64,000 nt of DNA from Pseudothermotoga sp. (GTDB taxonomy: Bacteria > Thermotogota > Thermotogae > Thermotogales > DSM-5069), in the NCBI GenBank assembly GCA_031962025.1, contig JAVRKW010000004.1; one strand, written 5' to 3'. Made by a program: the position numbers and the translations under genes. Under the pieces are notes generated by a model that was not told where the DNA came from, searched no databases, and saw only the letters and a list, made by a program, of their open reading frames with translations. Below are positions 27,067-37,650 of the stretch, piece by piece (within the stretch, counting starts at the first letter, position 1; each line of letters starts with the position of its first letter).

Positions 27067-28863
27067 TCAATCGACTGTTATCGTCTTTGAAAGATTTCTT
27101 GGAAGATCCGGGTTTCTTCCATACTTAATCGAAAGATGATAGGCAAAAAGCTGCAGCGGTACCACAGATGCAAAAGGCGACAGATACCATGGACAATCCG
27201 GATATTCTATGATCTTTGTCGCGTTTGAGAAGATTTCTTCAGATTTGTTGCTCAGTACTATTGCGGCACCTTTTCGGCATGTCACTTCGTTTATGTGAGA
27301 GATAATTATGTTTGCCTGTGAGCTGTGTGTCACAAAAAAGACCGGATAATCCTCACTGACCGATGAAAGTGGTCCATGTTTGAATTCCGATGAAAAGATC
27401 CCTTCAATGTGATTGTACACAACTTCTTTTATTTTCAAAGCACCTTCAAGGGCGATTCCATGGGTGATACCATATCCAAGCATGTACGAGTTTGAAAAAT
27501 CCATTTGCGAATTGATCAGGTCCTGTATTTGGGCTTGGCTCATCTGCAGTGCCTTTCTGACCAGATCTGGAAGGATTTTTAAATCTCTCATATACTGATC
27601 GTCGAAGCTCATTTTAGAAGCAAGGTAATACAGAACCACGAGCTGATTCATGAAGGTTTTGGTTGCCGGAACGGAGATCTCCAGTTCGCAGCACAGCGGT
27701 ATATTCAAAAGACTTCTCATCATGACAGTCGAGCCTGTCACATTTACAATCGACAGAACAGTTGTTTTCCCTTCGATGGTATTGAGTACGTTGATTATGT
27801 CCTTTGTTTCTCCGCTCTGTGATATGAGGACGACAACATCTTCCTGACCGACGGAATCTGCGTAGTTTTCTATGAACCTTCCTGCCTGGCATGGCACTGC
27901 GACCTTTCTTGATAGTTTATTGAACAGGTAACTTCCAACCAGAGCCGCATGGTATGAACTACCCGCTCCAACCAGGAATATGTATCTTGCCTTTGCAAGA
28001 ATGTTCACATACCGCGCAAGATCCATGTCGAACTTTAGAAATTCAATCAACGCGGAGATTCTCTCTGGCTGTTCGTAGATCTCTTTTATCATGTAATGAT
28101 CGTAGTTGAGCTTCGAAGTTGCTTCGGAAGATATGTCCATTATCTGAGGTTCTCTTTGGATCAGTTTTCCTGTTTTGATGTTGCGGATGGTAAAACTGTC
28201 CCAGGTGAACTCGACATATTCACCATCCTGCAAAGGCACTATTCTTCTTGTCAAAGGAATGATCGAAGGTAGATCTGAGGAAGCACAAACAAAATCTTTT
28301 CCAATTCCTAAATACAGCGATGATCCGCGCTTGATGCAGTACATTTTGTCATCATCGGCGCGCGTGATTACACAGGCAAAATCACCTTTCAGTAATTCTG
28401 CCGCCTTTTCAATTGCTATGTTCATATCTCTGTACTGATCATAAAATTTTTCTATCGCATGAACAACTATTTCGCCGTCGTTCTCACTTCTAATTGTGTG
28501 CCCTTCTTCAGCGAAGATTTTTCTGAGTTGAACGGTATTCACGATATTACCGTTGTGAGCTCCAACCATGTCTTTGTCGCAATCATAGTGGGGCTGTGCG
28601 TTTTTCGCGGACGGTACGCCAAAAGTAGCCCATCTCAACTGAGCTATTCCTTTGAAGCCTTTCAATTCTTTAAAATTCAGTCTTTCACTTACTTCATCAA
28701 CTATTCCAACATCCTTACGAAGATCTGTCTTTCCATCCAGAGTGATTGAACAAACACCAACAGAGTCGTAGCCTCTGTAAACCAGCCTCTGTGCGGCATC
28801 GGTCAGAATTTTTCCAAGGTCTTCTCTCTGCTCTTTGTAAATGATTCCAAAAACTCCGCACAC
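27067..28863 (-). CDS. glmS: Glutamine--fructose-6-phosphate aminotransferase (divergent GlmS)
   Basis: GTG start giving N-terminal Cys (CGVFG). YRGYDS, HNGNI, SQSGET and FKHGP motifs. C-terminal NLSKTITVD. Confidence 0.85.
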   Translation of the reverse strand: MCGVFGIIYKEQREDLGKILTDAAQRLVYRGYDSVGVCSITLDGKTDLRKDVGIVDEVSERLNFKELKGFKGIAQLRWATFGVPSAKNAQPHYDCDKDMVGAHNGNIVNTVQLRKIFAEEGHTIRSENDGEIVVHAIEKFYDQYRDMNIAIEKAAELLKGDFACVITRADDDKMYCIKRGSSLYLGIGKDFVCASSDLPSIIPLTRRIVPLQDGEYVEFTWDSFTIRNIKTGKLIQREPQIMDISSEATSKLNYDHYMIKEIYEQPERISALIEFLKFDMDLARYVNILAKARYIFLVGAGSSYHAALVGSYLFNKLSRKVAVPCQAGRFIENYADSVGQEDVVVLISQSGETKDIINVLNTIEGKTTVLSIVNVTGSTVMMRSLLNIPLCCELEISVPATKTFMNQLVVLYYLASKMSFDDQYMRDLKILPDLVRKALQMSQAQIQDLINSQMDFSNSYMLGYGITHGIALEGALKIKEVVYNHIEGIFSSEFKHGPLSSVSEDYPVFFVTHSSQANIIISHINEVTCRKGAAIVLSNKSEEIFSNATKIIEYPDCPWYLSPFASVVPLQLFAYHLSIKYGRNPDLPRNLSKTITVD

Positions 28864-28925
28864 ATTCTTCGCCTCCCATGCCAAGATATAGTATACTGTT
28901 TTTTGGTCGTTTTTTGGAGGTGTTT

Positions 28926-30170
28926 ATGAGTAAGAAAAGTGTTGGGTTCGGGAAGATTCTCAGAAAGTATCTTGAAAAGCCTTTGGTTGCAAGAGCTTTG
29001 TTGAAAACAGCTCTGAATTTAGAGCTATCAAGAAGAAAGATGGTCGCACTTTTGAAAAATGATTTTACAAGCTGGATGGATTATTCTGCATTGGACGCTG
29101 TTTGTGGAGCTGTGAATGGCAGAAAGACAGCCTGGGTGAACATGTTTTTCCCGGTCGAGATCGTGCTTGCCTTCGGCTTGAACTGCGTTTCAGCAGAAGG
29201 ACTTTCTGGTATGTTTGCCTCCATGTTTCTGGAAGACATTGCTATCCAGAAGGCTGAGGCATACGGGATCTCCAGAAATCTGTGTACCTTTCACAGGACT
29301 GGCATTGGAATATCACTGCTCAACACTCTGCCAGAGCCACTTTTTGTTGGAACAACGAATGTTTTGTGCGATGGAAATATTCCAACCTTTACCACATATT
29401 CTTCGCTCAACTCAATTCCCATATACGTGATCGATGTTCCAAGAAAAGACGACCAGCAAAATCAGTTGTATCTGACAAAACAAATTGAAAACCTCATCTA
29501 CGCACTTGAAAACCAGCTAAAAAGGAAATTCAATTATTCGCTTCTTCAGCGGATTTTGACGGCAGAAAGACAGGCATTTGATATGATCAGAGAAGTCTAT
29601 CCAAAACTCTGTGAAAATCCCATACCCATGGAGCTTTATCAGCACGTGAATGTACTCTATGCCTTTCATCTGAGACCAAATCAGTTACTGAGGGCGGCAA
29701 GATCGCTTTTGATGAACAAACCATCGCCAGCAAATGGCAAAATAAGGTTGTTGTGGCTTCATCTTGCTCCTTATTATGACAACGAGCTTTACCAGATTTT
29801 CTCGAAAAATTCTAAATTCATGGTTGTAACAAGCGAATACGAATGGGACTGGCTTTACTGGCATCCTGATCCGCACAGACCCGTTGAATCTCTGGCACAG
29901 AAACTTTTGAAAAACCCACAAATAGGTGATCTTTCAAAAAGAATAGACTTTCTGACAAAACTCGCCGATGATTTTAAGGTTCATGGAGTTATTCACTTCA
30001 ATCACTGGGGTTGTAAACAGTCATCTGGATCGGTCTTTCTGCTGAAAGAGGAATTCGAACGACGCGGTATACCATTTTTGTCTTTGGATGGAGACTGCGT
30101 TGATCATACCAATCAATCTGCCGCTCAATACAGAACGCGAATAGAAGCTTTTCTGGAGATGATAGGATGA
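28926..30170 (+). CDS. 2-hydroxyacyl-CoA dehydratase subunit (HgdA/HgdB family)
   Basis: LCTFHR, LCDGN, HWGCKQ and TRIEAFLEM motifs. GGAGG RBS. Confidence 0.85.
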   Translation: MSKKSVGFGKILRKYLEKPLVARALLKTALNLELSRRKMVALLKNDFTSWMDYSALDAVCGAVNGRKTAWVNMFFPVEIVLAFGLNCVSAEGLSGMFASMFLEDIAIQKAEAYGISRNLCTFHRTGIGISLLNTLPEPLFVGTTNVLCDGNIPTFTTYSSLNSIPIYVIDVPRKDDQQNQLYLTKQIENLIYALENQLKRKFNYSLLQRILTAERQAFDMIREVYPKLCENPIPMELYQHVNVLYAFHLRPNQLLRAARSLLMNKPSPANGKIRLLWLHLAPYYDNELYQIFSKNSKFMVVTSEYEWDWLYWHPDPHRPVESLAQKLLKNPQIGDLSKRIDFLTKLADDFKVHGVIHFNHWGCKQSSGSVFLLKEEFERRGIPFLSLDGDCVDHTNQSAAQYRTRIEAFLEMIG

Positions 30171-31852
30171 TCGTTTACAACTGTCCGATGGTGCCGTTTG
30201 AATTCTTTCAGGCACTTGGTGTGCTATATAGGAGAGTTGAGAACACAGGTTGTGAATTTGACAAGCTCAATCCCAATATCTGTTCTTTTTGCAGAAAATC
30301 TGTTCTATCAGTTAACAGAGACGATGTACTTGTATGGGTTGATTCATGTGATTCATCAAGAAGAGCTGCAGATTTTCTAAAGCAAACCAACAGGGTTTTT
30401 GAACTTCACATACCTGTTTTTTCAGATGATCAGGCGATTTTAAAGCTGTCAGATGATTTAAAGGCACTCTGGCAGTTTTTGAAATCTGTATACGGTGATG
30501 TGAGCGATGAAAAACTCTTCAGAGCCCATAAAACTATTCAGGAACAAGTGAATTTACTTGAAAAAGCCTTAACAGAAGATTTGAAACAGGCTCAAAGGCT
30601 ATATGAACAGATCACGGGCCAGAAATGGATAGGTTCTACAAAGTTGAATGCCAATCCCGTTCTGATTCTTGGCGCTCCCATTGATGAAAACATGGTCAAA
30701 ATCGTCGAAGAAAATAACGGTTATGTCATCAACGCAACCTGTTCCGGTGCCTATTCGATGATTTCAAAAACTTTGGACAGTGAAGATGTTTTTAAAAATA
30801 TCGCGTACAGAATTTTGAATAAAAAATTGATGTGCATGAGGTCAACCCAAAGAAATATCTCAGATCTTATACAGCTTACAAAGCCTTCCGCAATAGTTCT
30901 TCATACCATCAAATTCTGCGATTTTTACCACTTTGATGAAAGACTGTTGCAAAAGACCGGCATACCCTTTGTCGTAATAGAAAATGATCTGACGTCTTTC
31001 TCAAATGCCCAGATAAAAACTCGAATTCAGGCTTTGATGGAGCTTTCGGCAGATCGAAAAAATAGTCTTTCAAAGACATACGAGCTGTTTGTCGGTATCG
31101 ACAGCGGTTCAACCACCACAAAGATCGCCGTTCTTGATAAGAATTCAAAACTTTTATACAAAAACGTCGTCAAAACAGGTGCTTATCCTGTCATGACTGC
31201 GAAAAAACTCTACGATCAGGTCATCGAGAAATTCAAAATAAACAGCAAAGAAATCTACCTTGTCAGCACCGGCTATGGAAGGAATATACTCGATTTTGCA
31301 AATGAGCAGGTGACGGAGATCACCTGCCATGCCAAGGGTGTTCACTTTTTCATGCCAATGGCAAAGACAATAATTGACATAGGCGGGCAGGATAGCAAGG
31401 TGATAAAGGTTGAAGATGGTCAGGTTGTTGAATTTGTTATGAATGACAAATGCGCCGCAGGTACCGGCAGGTTTCTTGAAGTCATGGCAAATGTCCTTGA
31501 AACACCCTTAGAAAAAATAGGTGAACTGTCATTGCGTCACAGCAGTGAAATCGATATAAGTAGTGTCTGTACTGTGTTTGCTGAATCAGAGGTGGTATCG
31601 CTCAGAGCATCTGGTTATTCAAGAGAAGACATACTCTATGCGATTCACAAAGCAATTGCAAAAAGGATAAGTACAATGTATCAAAGAGTAAAAGGTTTAG
31701 AACCGGTGGTACTAACCGGCGGTGTGGCATTGAACAGGGGCTTGAAAGCTGCCCTTGAGAAAACCATCGGTGTGAAGATCGAAGTACCGCCAGAGCCAGT
31801 TTTAACAGGTGCAATTGGAGCGGCGGTCATCGGGTATCAAAGGTCCCAATGA
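30167..31852 (+). CDS. 2-hydroxyacyl-CoA dehydratase subunit fused to acyl-CoA dehydratase activase (ASKHA ATPase)
   Basis: N-half CSFC/SCD/KFCDFY. C-half GIDSGSTTTK, TGYGR, DIGGQDSK, MNDKCAAGTGRFLE, SVCTVFAESE. Confidence 0.88.
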   Translation: MIVYNCPMVPFEFFQALGVLYRRVENTGCEFDKLNPNICSFCRKSVLSVNRDDVLVWVDSCDSSRRAADFLKQTNRVFELHIPVFSDDQAILKLSDDLKALWQFLKSVYGDVSDEKLFRAHKTIQEQVNLLEKALTEDLKQAQRLYEQITGQKWIGSTKLNANPVLILGAPIDENMVKIVEENNGYVINATCSGAYSMISKTLDSEDVFKNIAYRILNKKLMCMRSTQRNISDLIQLTKPSAIVLHTIKFCDFYHFDERLLQKTGIPFVVIENDLTSFSNAQIKTRIQALMELSADRKNSLSKTYELFVGIDSGSTTTKIAVLDKNSKLLYKNVVKTGAYPVMTAKKLYDQVIEKFKINSKEIYLVSTGYGRNILDFANEQVTEITCHAKGVHFFMPMAKTIIDIGGQDSKVIKVEDGQVVEFVMNDKCAAGTGRFLEVMANVLETPLEKIGELSLRHSSEIDISSVCTVFAESEVVSLRASGYSREDILYAIHKAIAKRISTMYQRVKGLEPVVLTGGVALNRGLKAALEKTIGVKIEVPPEPVLTGAIGAAVIGYQRSQ

Positions 31853-32651
31853 ATCTGTATCTTCCTTTTTTCAGGTGCACTCCAAATACGCAGGAACCTG
31901 TTCCCGTCATCATTGCTGTTATCGGATCTTCCATCCATGCCATATCAAGGCTGTTTTTTACCTGTGAATACTCAGAGCAGGCGATGTTCTGAAAAACATT
32001 GTAGGAAAAAGATCTTATCGTCTGCACATCCATGAGTTTGTAAGCCTGGTAGAGTCTTTCAACGGGTTTTGGTCCTGTGCCAAACATTTCTCTGTTGAGT
32101 TTCTGATACATGAGTTTGGTCGAGATACTGATATTCGGGCAGAAGAGGTTCACAGTGTAATCTGTTATCGGTTCCAGAAATGTTATTTTTTCACCCTTAC
32201 CTTCAACAATAGCGGTACCACCCTTTAAAAGAAACGGAACATCAGAACCCACTTTTTCAGCGATTTGCAGCGCTACGTCCTGTGGTATGGCAAGTATCTT
32301 TGAAAGAAATCTAATAGTTGCGGCAGCATCTGAACTGCCGCCACCAAGCCCCGAACCAACCGGTATGTTTTTCAGCAACCTCACTTCAAGACCAAAGTCC
32401 ATCTTATAATACTCTGATACTGTTCTGAAAGCCTTCTCGATTAAGTTTATCCCATCGATCTTCACGCTGGACTGTATTCTGATCTGCTCTGGTTCGTCGA
32501 TTATGCGAAATTCGATTGAATCGTACAGATCTATTGTTTGAAAAAGCCCTATGATATCGTGATAGCCATCCTTTCTCTTCGAAAGCACATCGAGGTATAG
32601 ATTTACTTTTGCATAAGCTCTCTCAGTTTCAACAAAGTCAGGTATGACCAT
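31827..32651 (-). CDS. ispE: 4-diphosphocytidyl-2-C-methyl-D-erythritol kinase
   Basis: AKVNLYL, KNIPVGSGLGGGSSDAA and GSDVPF motifs. Confidence 0.93.
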   Translation of the reverse strand: MVIPDFVETERAYAKVNLYLDVLSKRKDGYHDIIGLFQTIDLYDSIEFRIIDEPEQIRIQSSVKIDGINLIEKAFRTVSEYYKMDFGLEVRLLKNIPVGSGLGGGSSDAAATIRFLSKILAIPQDVALQIAEKVGSDVPFLLKGGTAIVEGKGEKITFLEPITDYTVNLFCPNISISTKLMYQKLNREMFGTGPKPVERLYQAYKLMDVQTIRSFSYNVFQNIACSEYSQVKNSLDMAWMEDPITAMMTGTGSCVFGVHLKKGRYRFIGTFDTR

Positions 32652-33193
32652 CCCTCCAGATACTGCTCAAATTCACCAAATTCATCCAGTGATTTCCAGG
32701 TGTAGTCAAACATGTCCGGTTCATTCAGTCCCTCAAAGATTACCTGAGCCAAGTAAAGAAGTCCAACATGGACACGGCTGACTGGTGAACTGATGTCGTT
32801 TATCAGACCGATGTACTGAAGGTCTGTTATCCTTGCTTTGACTTCTTCTTCTATTTCTCTGTTCATACCATTCAAAAACGCCTGCCATGGTCTTAGACCA
32901 TCTTCAGATCTTATATGACCGCCAACGCCGATTGAATATTTGTTGTGAAGTCTTTTCTCGCCCTGTTTTTCTGTTCTGCGCAAAAGCAGTATTTCATCGT
33001 TGTTTTTCATGACCACGTACGGTATCACCTGTCTGAAGTCCTCGTCATACTCGACAAGATCTCTTTTGATGAACCTTCCATGGTTTTCAATTACTCTTTC
33101 GACCTGCTCTAACTTTACCGCAACCACACCTGTCTTTTTGCCAGTCAATTTAAAAATCTCATGGCTTGGAACGACAAGTACATTTTCCTGCAA
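32603..33193 (-). CDS. NUDIX-family phosphoesterase (COG4112-like)
   Basis: RQVIPYVV, SIGVGGHI, REIEEEV motifs. AAAGGAGG RBS before TTG 33193. Confidence 0.8.
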   Translation of the reverse strand: MQENVLVVPSHEIFKLTGKKTGVVAVKLEQVERVIENHGRFIKRDLVEYDEDFRQVIPYVVMKNNDEILLLRRTEKQGEKRLHNKYSIGVGGHIRSEDGLRPWQAFLNGMNREIEEEVKARITDLQYIGLINDISSPVSRVHVGLLYLAQVIFEGLNEPDMFDYTWKSLDEFGEFEQYLEGWSYLTLLKLRELMQK

Positions 33194-33206
33194 GATAAAT
33201 CCTCCT

Positions 33207-34627
<1,421 letters not shown>

Positions 34628-34628
34628 T

Positions 34629-35903
34629 TCACCAGCCCAGGTAATACATCACGACCACATACAGGTTTACCAGACAGAGCATCAGTATAGTTGCAGGCAG
34701 TGTTTTTTTGGCAAAATAAGTGAAGGTCACGGCTCTGTCGCTGTATTTTTTGAGTAAGGCAAGTCCTACTATATTAACTGGAGCGCCAATTGTCGTTCCA
34801 TTTGCCCCAAGAGAAACTCCCAGAGAAAGAGCCCACCACAAACCTGTATTGAAACCCATCCGCACCAGGGATTGAACGACCGGTATTATCACAGTTGTAG
34901 CAGGAACTGAACCAAGAAACATCGAAGCAAAGCCGGACAGCCATACCAAGACTGTTATAACTATATACGGAGATCGAATATTGGCTACGATCTTCGTGAT
35001 GTAGTCTATGACACCAACTTCTTTCATCGCATAGGTAATCATGAACAGTCCAATCAAAAAAAACAGAGTATCCCATTCTATTTCCTTGGCAGCTTCCTCG
35101 AATGACTTTCCATATATTAAGAGCGCCACTGTGGCACCAGCCATGGATATCAACGCCATTTGATAATCGAGAAATTCGTGAAGAGCAAAGCCAGTTATGA
35201 CAGCCATAAAGACGATTAAAAGCGATATTGCCTTCTTTCTGTCTATGATGGCTGTTTTTGGATCTGTCGCCGCAAGCGCTTTAAGTTTATCCTCTATATC
35301 CCTGCTGGTTGGAACTTTTCTGAACCACAGCAGTACCAGTAGAATGAGAATGAGAATGCATACCGGTGCAAGGTGAACAATAAAACTGTTGAAGCTCAAT
35401 CTGCTTGCTGAGCCGATGATTATGTTTGGAGGATCGCCGATCATTGTGGCAGCTCCGCCAATATTTGACGCGACAATCGCGATGATTATCAAATAAGTTG
35501 CATCAATACCGGCAACATCTGATATGAAAAACAATATGGGAGCAAATATCAAAATGGTCGTCACGTTGTCCAAGAAGGCTGATAGGAAAGTTACCGCGAC
35601 GGTGATTATCGACAGAGTCTTTTTCATTTCTCCCTTTCCCCATTTTACTGCCAGCACCGCCACAAACTGGAAAAACCCTGCGGCTTTCAAAAGCCCAACT
35701 GTTATCATCATCCCTGCGAGTAATCCTATGGTATTGAAATCTATAAAACGCGGAAGATTCTCCAAACTCATGGTATCTATGATTTTTGCAAAGCTGATGA
35801 CCAGTCCCATTAAGAAAACCATCACGGAGGTTTTGAATTTGTTATTCAGTATGAAATAGTAAGTCAAACAAAAAACTGCGAGTACGAATATCTGGTTGAA
35901 CAT
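34629..35903 (-). CDS. ArsB/NhaD (SLC13-like) transporter
   Basis: SAFLDNVTT and SNIGGAATMIGDPPNIII motifs, about 11 TM. Confidence 0.88.
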   Translation of the reverse strand: MFNQIFVLAVFCLTYYFILNNKFKTSVMVFLMGLVISFAKIIDTMSLENLPRFIDFNTIGLLAGMMITVGLLKAAGFFQFVAVLAVKWGKGEMKKTLSIITVAVTFLSAFLDNVTTILIFAPILFFISDVAGIDATYLIIIAIVASNIGGAATMIGDPPNIIIGSASRLSFNSFIVHLAPVCILILILLVLLWFRKVPTSRDIEDKLKALAATDPKTAIIDRKKAISLLIVFMAVITGFALHEFLDYQMALISMAGATVALLIYGKSFEEAAKEIEWDTLFFLIGLFMITYAMKEVGVIDYITKIVANIRSPYIVITVLVWLSGFASMFLGSVPATTVIIPVVQSLVRMGFNTGLWWALSLGVSLGANGTTIGAPVNIVGLALLKKYSDRAVTFTYFAKKTLPATILMLCLVNLYVVVMYYLGW

Positions 35904-35916
35904 CGAGATCACCCCT

Positions 35917-37149
35917 TCAGAGTGTATAAAATTCAACGAGCTGACCTGCGTAAGCACCCTCTGTTTGCGAAGGAATCCTTATAACTCCATCGGCTGCAGA
36001 TATATTTGAAACATGCGCAGTTTCACTGAAAAGTGGTTCTGCCAGAATATCACCCTTTTCAAATTTCAATTTTACTCTCACAAAATGCTCGCGACCCTGT
36101 GTGGATGGCACATTTTTAGTCAGTCTCACCAGACCGGCAGGCTGTGGTATGAATTTCTCTTCGTTTTCAAGTCTTTTTAAAATGGGCAGCAGAAAAAATC
36201 TACTGCTCACGAAAAACGAAACGGGGTTTCCCGGAAGCCCAAGTATTGGTTTTTGATCGATCAGAGCAAAGATGGTTGGCTTGCCGGGCTGTACCAATGC
36301 ACCATGATAGACAACGCCGGGTTTACCAAGTCTTTCGATGGCTTTTGTAGTGTAATCACGTGTTCCAATTGAGCTGCCTCCGGATATTGCAATGAAATCG
36401 TAATTGTCAAGGCAATCTTTGAGCAGTGCGTGTAATTGATCTTCATCGTCTTTTACATGACCTACCCTCTGTGCAAAAAAGCCCAGACTGTTGAGCCATG
36501 CGACAAGAGAATATGTGTTACTGTCTCTGACCTGAGCAAAGGAAGGCGACTGCCACGGTTCAATTATCTCATCTCCCGTGGAGATCACCGCAATTTTTGC
36601 CCGTCGATAAACATCGACTTTTGTGACTCCAAGCTGTAACAAAAGTTGTATATCGTTGACTCTTATCCTTTTGTTTTTTCTCAGCACTGTTTCACCCATT
36701 TTGATGTCTTCATCGTATCTCATCACATTCTCACCGACGGCAACTGGTTTCATAATCTCGACAAAGTCATCAAAGGCTTGCGTGTGTTCAACCATTACAA
36801 CGGCATCTGCCCCCTGTGGTAAAGCTCCACCGGTTGGTATCCAAGCGGCTTCTCCAGATTTGAGTGTTCGATCCGGCTTTTTGCCGATTTGAATTTCACA
36901 GGTTACTTTTAACAGAGCAGGCAGGTTCATAGAAGCACCCTTTGTATCAAAAGCCATGACAGCATAACCATCGACCAGGGATTTATCAAAACCTGGCAGA
37001 TTTTGAGGTGAGACAACGTCTTTTGCACACACTTTGTTCAAGGCATCCATTGTTTCGACCTTTTCAACTTCGTCGATGGCTTTGATCTTTGCAATATAAT
37101 CATCGTAAATTTCCTGAATGGTAGCGAGCCTGAGAAAATCGATCTTCAT
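35917..37149 (-). CDS. moeA: Molybdopterin molybdotransferase MoeA
   Basis: SLVDGYAV, PTGGALPQGADAVVMVE, STGDE and GLPGNP motifs. Confidence 0.93.
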   Translation of the reverse strand: MKIDFLRLATIQEIYDDYIAKIKAIDEVEKVETMDALNKVCAKDVVSPQNLPGFDKSLVDGYAVMAFDTKGASMNLPALLKVTCEIQIGKKPDRTLKSGEAAWIPTGGALPQGADAVVMVEHTQAFDDFVEIMKPVAVGENVMRYDEDIKMGETVLRKNKRIRVNDIQLLLQLGVTKVDVYRRAKIAVISTGDEIIEPWQSPSFAQVRDSNTYSLVAWLNSLGFFAQRVGHVKDDEDQLHALLKDCLDNYDFIAISGGSSIGTRDYTTKAIERLGKPGVVYHGALVQPGKPTIFALIDQKPILGLPGNPVSFFVSSRFFLLPILKRLENEEKFIPQPAGLVRLTKNVPSTQGREHFVRVKLKFEKGDILAEPLFSETAHVSNISAADGVIRIPSQTEGAYAGQLVEFYTL

Positions 37150-37155
37150 GGCTTT

Positions 37156-37650
37156 TCACCGGTTTTGCTCTGCACAGTCGGCTGTCGATCCTTTGATTTT
37201 TTCTACGGCATGCGGCAGTGCAGATAAAATCACCTGCAGGTTTTCCTGAACGGCTTTCGGACTGCCCGGAAGATTGATTATCAATGTCTGATTTTTCACA
37301 CCAACGATCGCTCGAGATAACATTCCAAAAGGTGTATGCTTTAATGATTCATTCATCATAGCTATTTCCATTCCATACAGCCTTTTTTCTATGACTGACA
37401 GCGTTGCTTCAGGTGTTACATCCCTTGGTGACACACCAGTTCCACCGGTTGTGATCACAAGATCATAACCTTTTTCGCACAAGCTCAAAAGCTCATTTTT
37501 TATCAAATTCAGTTCATCAGGCAGGACTCTGTAATATTCGACGACTGCATTTATTTTTCCAAGCATCTCAATCGCTATTTTGCCACTTTCATCTTCTCTC
37601 TGACCGGCAAATCCCCTGTCACTCAGAGTGAGTACAGCCGCTTTAATCAA
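37156..37650 (-). CDS. Molybdenum cofactor biosynthesis protein MogA/MoaB
   Basis: TLSD, TTGGTGVSPRDVTPEAT and NLPGSPKAV motifs. Confidence 0.9.
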   Translation of the reverse strand: MIKAAVLTLSDRGFAGQREDESGKIAIEMLGKINAVVEYYRVLPDELNLIKNELLSLCEKGYDLVITTGGTGVSPRDVTPEATLSVIEKRLYGMEIAMMNESLKHTPFGMLSRAIVGVKNQTLIINLPGSPKAVQENLQVILSALPHAVEKIKGSTADCAEQNR

